Part shown: positions 52,128 to 64,000 of the stretch, piece by piece
Numbering within the stretch: position 1 is the first letter of the stretch
Layout: each line of letters begins with the position of its first letter
NCBI GenBank assembly: GCA_046154225.1
Contig: JBJXEM010000013.1
Span: 27,388-91,387 of the forward strand
Direction of reading: 5' to 3'
DNA from: Rickettsiales bacterium
GTDB taxonomy: Bacteria > Pseudomonadota > Alphaproteobacteria > Rickettsiales > UBA3002
DNA length: 64,000 nucleotides
The notes under the pieces: generated by a model
Told to the model about the DNA's origin: nothing
What the model saw: the letters and a program-made list of their open reading frames with translations, nothing else
Databases searched by the model: none
Made by a program: the position numbers and the translations under genes

Positions 52128-53369
52128 ATGAACCAGCCTATCTTTAAAACGGCACTTGCCGCCGACACGCAGGCCGAAGCCCTCGCCGCCAAAGCGAGCC
52201 TTGTTGGCTTGCCCCGCGAATTAGTGGCCAGCCAATTACAGGCGCTAGGCATTGAGCCGTTTCGTGCCAAGCAGGTCTGGTCGTGGATTTACGGCAAAGG
52301 CGTGACCGATTTTTCGGGCATGAGCAACATCAAGCGCGACACACAAGAGCTGATGGCGCAGCATTTCAGCGTCGCTCGTGCCGGCGTCAGCCGCAATGCC
52401 GTCAGCTTCGACCAGACGCAAAAATGGCTGCTGAAATTCGCCGACGAAGCGGAAGTCGAAACCGTGTTCATCCCCGACAATAATCGCGGCACGTTGTGCG
52501 TGTCGAGCCAAGTGGGCTGCACATTGGCCTGCACCTTCTGCCACACCGGCACCCAACGCCTCGTGCGCAACCTCACCGCGGGCGAAATCATCACCCAGGT
52601 GCTGGTCGCGAAGGATGGGCTGGGCGAGTGGCCGGGACAAACTTTTAGCGAGCCGACCGGCGAGCCGCGAAGCGGCAGGGTCAGCGAAGCGAAGGGGGGC
52701 AAGCCCCCTTCCAATTTAAAAACACATAAAAACGATTGGGCTGTTTCTACCCCCGCGCGCCAGCTTACGAACATCGTTTTTATGGGCATGGGTGAACCTC
52801 TGTATAATTACGACAACCTCATCGCCGCCATCGACATTCTGATGAGTAACGAGGGCCTCGCGCTCAGCCGCCGTAAAATCACCGTGTCTACCTCGGGCGT
52901 GGTGCCGAAAATCGTTCCGCTGGCGCGCGATGCTGGCACGAATCTGGCCATATCGCTGCACGCCGTGACCGACGATTTGCGCAACGAAATCGTGCCCATC
53001 AACCGCAAATACCCCATTGCCGAATTACTCGATGCCTGCCGCGAATATCAAGCCATCGTCAACGACCGTCACATCATGTTCGAATATGTCATGCTCGCGG
53101 GCGTCAACGATTCCGAAGCCGAAGCGAAAGAGCTGGTGCGGCTCCTCAAGGGCATCCGTGCCAAGGTAAACCTCATTCCCTTCAACCCCTGGCCGGGCGC
53201 GCCTTATACTTGCAGTTCCAACAACCGCATCCACGCCTTTGGCCGGGTGCTGATTGCAGCGGGTATCGCTTCTCCCATCCGTAAAACCCGCGGCGAAGAC
53301 ATCATGGCCGCCTGCGGCCAACTGAAGAGCCTAAGCGAATTGAAAAAAGGACAGAAAGTGAAGCTTTAA
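52128..53369 (+). CDS. rlmN: Dual-specificity RNA methyltransferase RlmN (radical SAM)
   Basis: CVSSQVGCTLACTFCHTG, MGMGEPL, ISLHA, NLIPFN, RGEDIMAACGQL. Confidence 0.97.
   Translation: MNQPIFKTALAADTQAEALAAKASLVGLPRELVASQLQALGIEPFRAKQVWSWIYGKGVTDFSGMSNIKRDTQELMAQHFSVARAGVSRNAVSFDQTQKWLLKFADEAEVETVFIPDNNRGTLCVSSQVGCTLACTFCHTGTQRLVRNLTAGEIITQVLVAKDGLGEWPGQTFSEPTGEPRSGRVSEAKGGKPPSNLKTHKNDWAVSTPARQLTNIVFMGMGEPLYNYDNLIAAIDILMSNEGLALSRRKITVSTSGVVPKIVPLARDAGTNLAISLHAVTDDLRNEIVPINRKYPIAELLDACREYQAIVNDRHIMFEYVMLAGVNDSEAEAKELVRLLKGIRAKVNLIPFNPWPGAPYTCSSNNRIHAFGRVLIAAGIASPIRKTRGEDIMAACGQLKSLSELKKGQKVKL
52641..52755. repeat. Palindromic element embedded in frame in rlmN
   Basis: Hairpins GCCGC-GAA-GCGGC and GAAGGGGG-GCAAG-CCCCCTTC plus an A-rich tail within an enlarged variable loop. 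Confidence 0.6.
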
Positions 53370-53432
53370 GTCCGCTAGCACGAATAGAAAAATCATCGGT
53401 TATGTTTATATATTAGAAGTCTAGCGCATTCA

Positions 53433-53450
53433 CTGTCATCAAATTGTCAT
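53433..53450 (+). promoter_or_regulatory. Pho box (PhoB site)
   Basis: CTGTCAT-CAAA-TTGTCAT direct repeat with 11-bp period, 31 nt upstream of the ATG at 53482. Confidence 0.6.
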
Positions 53451-53481
53451 TGTTGTTGCGAGTCATTCGCATGTATACCCT

Positions 53482-54204
53482 ATGCCGATGACGCCAGAAT
53501 TAACAGTGCCGCCCCCATCCCGCCGTCGCCAGCTGGCCGATGATGTTGCTTTCGCGACGGAACAGACCGCCCTGTGCTTCCTGACGGACGGCTTCACCGA
53601 TCCGTGGATCAGCCAAAAACTACAGGAACGATGGGGTGGTGGGGCCAGCAGCATCGGCGAGAATTTTATTGCAGAAGTGGGCGGCGATTTACTGGGGGCA
53701 GCAAGTTTTGTGGTGTCCCGCCAATTATGCAAGCCAGCGTTCACCGTGGCTACACGCGGCGTGCGAACCTTGCTCGATCCTGTCTATGAGCGGCTCGGGC
53801 GCTCTGCATTACGTTTCGAAGGGTCCCAAGCCCTCACTGAGGCGCAATCTGCCAAACTGGAGAGCTGGAAAAACTTCCAGGCAGACAGCTTCGTCAAGTC
53901 GAACTCTATTTCACTCGCCAGCACCTTGGCCAATGCCGCCATCCTCAAGGCGCGGCATTCTCCCTATAGCTGGCCGGTGTTGCTGGGCAGTAAATTCGCC
54001 GCATCCTTGGTGACGACTACCAGCATGGTAGGTTTGCGGCTCATTTTCCCGGAGCATTCACAAAAGCTTGATCACTGGTTGAGTAAAACCCTCAGCCCGG
54101 CCACGCAGCAGCCGTACCGTGCGACGGCGCCGTTGCCATCGGTCGAGTCTAGGCAGTGGCAAGGACGTATGGAAACCGATTTTCCTCAGCCGACCTTACC
54201 CTAG
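53482..54204 (+). CDS. Hypothetical protein
   Basis: 240-aa ORF filling the gap; weakly hydrophobic segments; no motif recognised. Confidence 0.65.
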   Translation: MPMTPELTVPPPSRRRQLADDVAFATEQTALCFLTDGFTDPWISQKLQERWGGGASSIGENFIAEVGGDLLGAASFVVSRQLCKPAFTVATRGVRTLLDPVYERLGRSALRFEGSQALTEAQSAKLESWKNFQADSFVKSNSISLASTLANAAILKARHSPYSWPVLLGSKFAASLVTTTSMVGLRLIFPEHSQKLDHWLSKTLSPATQQPYRATAPLPSVESRQWQGRMETDFPQPTLP

Positions 54205-54210
54205 GCAACC

Positions 54211-54480
54211 CTACCAAATCGTGCCCGTATCGTTTCCCGCATAGCGTTTCAGCACTTCTTCGCTGATTTTGGGTAATTCTACACGGCGCTCGCCCATCGC
54301 AGCTTCCAGCAGTTTTAAGGATGCCTCGCGAATCGCTTCAAAGGTGCTACTGCCCACTGCTTTGCCCGCAGGCAATTGCTCGTCGGCGAACTGGAAACGT
54401 TCCATGTTGAACGCATCAAGCTCGGCTTGAGTAATGGGGGGCAGATGTTTTTGGCGATGGAAGGGAAAATGGTCGGTCAT
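54211..54480 (-). CDS. Small hypothetical protein (89 aa), paralog A
   Basis: GGAG RBS; 57/89 identical to 55564..55827 by hand alignment. Confidence 0.8.
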   Translation of the reverse strand: MTDHFPFHRQKHLPPITQAELDAFNMERFQFADEQLPAGKAVGSSTFEAIREASLKLLEAAMGERRVELPKISEEVLKRYAGNDTGTIW

Positions 54481-54517
54481 GGCAATCTCCGGTGAGTGAG
54501 TGAACTGCTCACTCCCA

Positions 54518-54534
54518 TGCATATCACATGCCAA
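54518..54534 (-). promoter_or_regulatory. Sigma54 (-24/-12) promoter of paralog A
   Basis: TTGGCATGTGATATGCA, GG-N10-GC. Confidence 0.7.
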
Positions 54535-54605
54535 CTATCTTATTAAATTAGCTCAAATTTTAGGGGATTCATTCGCGAATGTAGCCAGGAGCGCAGCCTC
54601 CGGCC

Positions 54606-54631
54606 GTCATCCCAGCGAAGACGGGGATCCA
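54606..54631 (+). repeat. Single arm of a GTCATCCC-type palindromic repeat
   Basis: GTCATCCCAGCGAAGACGGGGATCCA, same head and GGATCC end as the 60904 element. Confidence 0.5.
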
Positions 54632-54715
54632 TATGGCGTATTGATTTTGTTAGCCCTAATGCGTACAGTACTAAATATGCAAAAGCACGCCCCCCCCGCT
54701 AAATTTACGGCCGCA

Positions 54716-55537
54716 ATGAAGCGCGGCTTTTCGCTTGTAGAGTTATCGATTGTCCTCGTCATCCTCGGCCTGCTCACGGGCGGTATTCTGGCCGGACAAT
54801 CTCTCATCCGCGCGGCAGAGATGCGTTCGGTGAACACGGAATACTCCAAGTATACCACTGCCATTTACAGTTTTCGTGACAAATATTTCCAGCTTCCCGG
54901 CGACATGAATAATGCCACACGCTTCTGGGGTGCGCAAACAGGCGCGACGACAGATGGTGTGGTGACCGCCTGCGCTGCGTTAACCGTCGGCGCTACCGAC
55001 ACCTCCACCTGCAATGGGGATGGTGATGGTAAGATCGCCCCAGAAACAACACCGGCCACCGGCCTTGCTGATCGGCTACAATATTACGAAGTATTTCGCG
55101 CGTGGCAGCACCTCGCCAATGCTGGCTTGATCGAGGGGCGCTACGGGGGAGTTTCCTCCGCTGGCCGCACGGACATATCAAACATCATCATCGGTACCAA
55201 TCAGCCGGCAAGCCGCTCAGGCAACAGCGTCACTTGGGGTTTACGTTACATTGTACCGGGGTACGATTATCCGACTTTTTACACGCCGAACCCCTATGGA
55301 AATGTGCTGACGGCGGGGGCGAATAGCAGCCCTTACAATGGGTCAGGGCCGTTCCTGAAACCTGATGAGGCATGGAATATTGATACTAAGTTCGATGATG
55401 GCAAGCCGGGGCTAGGCAATGTTATTACCTATCAATCAGTAGTAAATCCCGATTGCATGACGGCCGATAGCCAAACAGCGGATTACAAGCTGACCTCAAG
55501 CACGGTTGCGTGCGCCTTAATAATTCGGCTGCCCTAG
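54716..55537 (+). CDS. Type IV pilin/pseudopilin-like protein with prepilin N-methylation site
   Basis: KRG/FSLVELSIVLVILGLLTGG class III signal, LPGD, CNGDGDG, IDTKFDDG, C-terminal Cys pair; alternative start at 54677. Confidence 0.9.
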   Translation: MKRGFSLVELSIVLVILGLLTGGILAGQSLIRAAEMRSVNTEYSKYTTAIYSFRDKYFQLPGDMNNATRFWGAQTGATTDGVVTACAALTVGATDTSTCNGDGDGKIAPETTPATGLADRLQYYEVFRAWQHLANAGLIEGRYGGVSSAGRTDISNIIIGTNQPASRSGNSVTWGLRYIVPGYDYPTFYTPNPYGNVLTAGANSSPYNGSGPFLKPDEAWNIDTKFDDGKPGLGNVITYQSVVNPDCMTADSQTADYKLTSSTVACALIIRLP

Positions 55538-55563
55538 GTCGGTAATTCCGCGTAACTATAACG

Positions 55564-55827
55564 CTACCACACGCTGCCGCCGGGCTTACCGGTGTAACGT
55601 TGCAGCACCTGATCGGAAATAATCGGCAGCTCTTTCTTTTTTTCGCCCATCGCCGCTTCCAGCAATCGCAACGAGGCATCGCGAATGACCTCGAATGGGC
55701 TTGTGCCAACGGCTTTGCCGGGAAATTCGCGGGCGAACTGGAAACGTTCGGTATTAAACGCCTCGATGTCTTCCGGCGTGATGGTGGGCAGGTGTTTCTG
55801 GCCGTGAAAGGGAAAATCGGTGGTCAT
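55564..55827 (-). CDS. Small hypothetical protein (87 aa), paralog B
   Basis: AGGAG RBS; paralog of 54211..54480. Confidence 0.8.
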   Translation of the reverse strand: MTTDFPFHGQKHLPTITPEDIEAFNTERFQFAREFPGKAVGTSPFEVIRDASLRLLEAAMGEKKKELPIISDQVLQRYTGKPGGSVW

Positions 55828-55866
55828 GATGTGCTCCTGAAGGATGGGTGATACTGCCCCATGCCA

Positions 55867-55883
55867 TGCACGACACATGCCAA
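55867..55883 (-). promoter_or_regulatory. Sigma54 promoter of paralog B
   Basis: TTGGCATGTGTCGTGCA, GG-N10-GC. Confidence 0.7.
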
Positions 55884-55914
55884 CTATCTTATTAAGTTAG
55901 CTCAAATTTTAGGG
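55874..55914. repeat. 41-bp direct repeat, second copy (first copy 54525..54565)
   Basis: CACATGCCAACTATCTTATTAA(A/G)TTAGCTCAAATTTTAGGG, 40/41 identical. Confidence 0.95.
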
Positions 55915-55936
55915 AATTTCAGGCGCATACGCCGAA

Positions 55937-56614
55937 TCAGATCAACAGGTCTTCGAAAAAAGCACCATAGGGCAAGTGCTTGTGACGCACCTGAATCTCG
56001 AGAATCCATTTCCCGGCTTCGACGCGTTCTGGGTAATGATTGATCCCGCGCTTCCAGCCACGATGCGGAAAAGCGCCGATTAAATGCCCGGCAGGCTCAA
56101 GATTCCAATCCACCCCCAGCCGTTCGGCCAAATCATAGATATGCGCATAGAGCGCGATGCCGGTGGGCTGTTCGCGGTGCCAGAAAGTGCGCGCCTGGGT
56201 AAAAATGTGCTGGCTAATCGCGGCAAGTTTTTTCAATTCCGGCGCTTCGCCATACACAACGCTGCGACCCGCATCCCCCTCGATGCCGTTGCGCACGATG
56301 CCAATATCGACAAACGCGATGTCGGACGTGCCCAGCACCCGGTCCTCGGTTGCCTTTTCACGAAAAGTGAGCAGCGTATTCTCGCCGAAACGTACATAGG
56401 GCGCGTGCCAGGTGCGTTCGATGCCGTCGCGGGCGAAGCAATCCAACGCAAACTGCCGCACGTCACTTTCGCGGATACCCGGGCGCATGTAGGCGATGAT
56501 TTCATCCACGAAGCGGTGCGCCTCGCGGGCGCACGCGACGGCGGCGTCGACCGTTTGGGCGTCCAGATATTGCCGCGTGGCGGACAGGCGTTCTTGCGTA
56601 TCGGCGTCGTCCAT
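55937..56614 (-). CDS. M24 family metallopeptidase
   Basis: VDIG, EGDAG, GHLIG-FPH, ILE, FFED metal ligands. Confidence 0.8.
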   Translation of the reverse strand: MDDADTQERLSATRQYLDAQTVDAAVACAREAHRFVDEIIAYMRPGIRESDVRQFALDCFARDGIERTWHAPYVRFGENTLLTFREKATEDRVLGTSDIAFVDIGIVRNGIEGDAGRSVVYGEAPELKKLAAISQHIFTQARTFWHREQPTGIALYAHIYDLAERLGVDWNLEPAGHLIGAFPHRGWKRGINHYPERVEAGKWILEIQVRHKHLPYGAFFEDLLI

Positions 56615-56631
56615 TAATCACCCCTTTCAGC

Positions 56632-56658
56632 AAAAAGCCGACCCTTGCGGGCCGGCTT
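56632..56658 (-). terminator. Intrinsic terminator after rpoC
   Basis: Minus strand AGCCGGCCC-GCAA-GGGTCGGCT-TTTT. Confidence 0.8.
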
Positions 56659-56682
56659 CCTGTTCGTTTCGGCTGAATCCGC

Positions 56683-60879
<4,197 letters not shown>

Positions 60880-60903
60880 TCACCCTTTCAACTTCCATTT
60901 TCG

Positions 60904-60992
60904 TGTCATCCCGGGCTTGTCCCGGGATCCCGCCATTCCACAAACTCAGTGCCAGCGGCGGGGCTGGATCCCGGGACAAGCCCGGGATGACA
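60904..60992. repeat. RPE/REP-like palindromic element with perfect 27-bp inverted arms
   Basis: TGTCATCCCGGGCTTGTCCCGGGATCC ... GGATCCCGGGACAAGCCCGGGATGACA. Confidence 0.9.
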
Positions 60993-60993
60993 A

Positions 60994-61089
60994 TTATTTT
61001 TTAACCGGTGATGCGATAGCAATTTTAATTTCATCAAACTGCTTGGTCGCCTGCATCTGACCAAAAATGTTCATCAACTCATTAGCCAT
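60994..61089 (-). other. 31-aa mini-ORF duplicating the RpoC N-terminus ([31 protein letters not shown])
   Basis: GGAG RBS; 27 of the first 28 residues identical to RpoC. Confidence 0.85.
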
Positions 61090-61118
61090 GGTTTACTCCA
61101 AATTATCCTTAAATCTCG

Positions 61119-61433
61119 TTAAGCACCCAATCCACGGGCAGAAGCGTCAAATCCGATGACTTCTTTGAAATCATCCGACAGTTTAATGGCATTAAGAAGA
61201 GCCGAAGGGTTTCCATCGCCCATCTCATTCAACAAAGTCGTCGCCTTATCCGCATGCGGCTTAGCTGCATTTTCTGCAGCATTAAGGGCTTGCTCGGCTT
61301 TAGAGACGGTTTGCTGAGCTTTAGCGTGTGCTTGAAGCGCAGCTTTTAAACCCGCGTTTTCTTCCACCGCATTACGCAACCAGCTTAACGCTTCATCCCT
61401 AGGCATTGTGGTAAAATTAACTTTCTCAACCAT
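61119..61433 (-). CDS. Hypothetical Ala-rich helical protein inserted between rpoB and rpoC
   Basis: ATG 2 nt after the rpoB stop, AAGGAGG RBS inside the rpoB end; visibly AT-richer than the flanks. Confidence 0.75.
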   Translation of the reverse strand: MVEKVNFTTMPRDEALSWLRNAVEENAGLKAALQAHAKAQQTVSKAEQALNAAENAAKPHADKATTLLNEMGDGNPSALLNAIKLSDDFKEVIGFDASARGLGA

Positions 61434-61435
61434 GA

Positions 61436-64000
<2,565 letters not shown>

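Noticed and set aside
52641-52755. Intein or intron in rlmN
   Set aside because: Far too short and lacks splicing motifs

Overview
GC-rich alphaproteobacterial chromosome segment. In order: (1) a Bordetella wbmHGF-like sugar-nucleotide cluster with Wzm/Wzt, a methyltransferase, two paralogous glycosyltransferase-like genes and a convergent 2-epimerase; (2) a complete bufferin RiPP operon (BufA1, DUF692 MNIO, DUF2063, DoxX) beside redox/lipid genes; (3) a 26-kb two-partner secretion locus with one TpsB, two giant divergent TpsA adhesins (3397 and ~4000 aa), SapC and a LapG-type protease; (4) a KdpE-like regulator with sensorless and hybrid kinases and stress genes; (5) a lone tRNA-Ile(GAT), a diguanylate cyclase, rlmN, and a pilin-like gene between twin sigma54-driven orphan genes; (6) rpoC and the 3' part of rpoB. 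Best candidates for new biology: a CdrA-like LapG-released adhesin module (PAAG motif plus C-terminal cysteine pair, with SapC and no LapD in the window); an accessory cassette inside rpoBC carrying a synonymously recoded 31-codon copy of the RpoC N-terminus; an in-frame palindromic insertion in rlmN; a hidden 23-aa membrane peptide behind a KdpE box; and a candidate sRNA. All homology calls come from motif recognition and memory; no searches were run.
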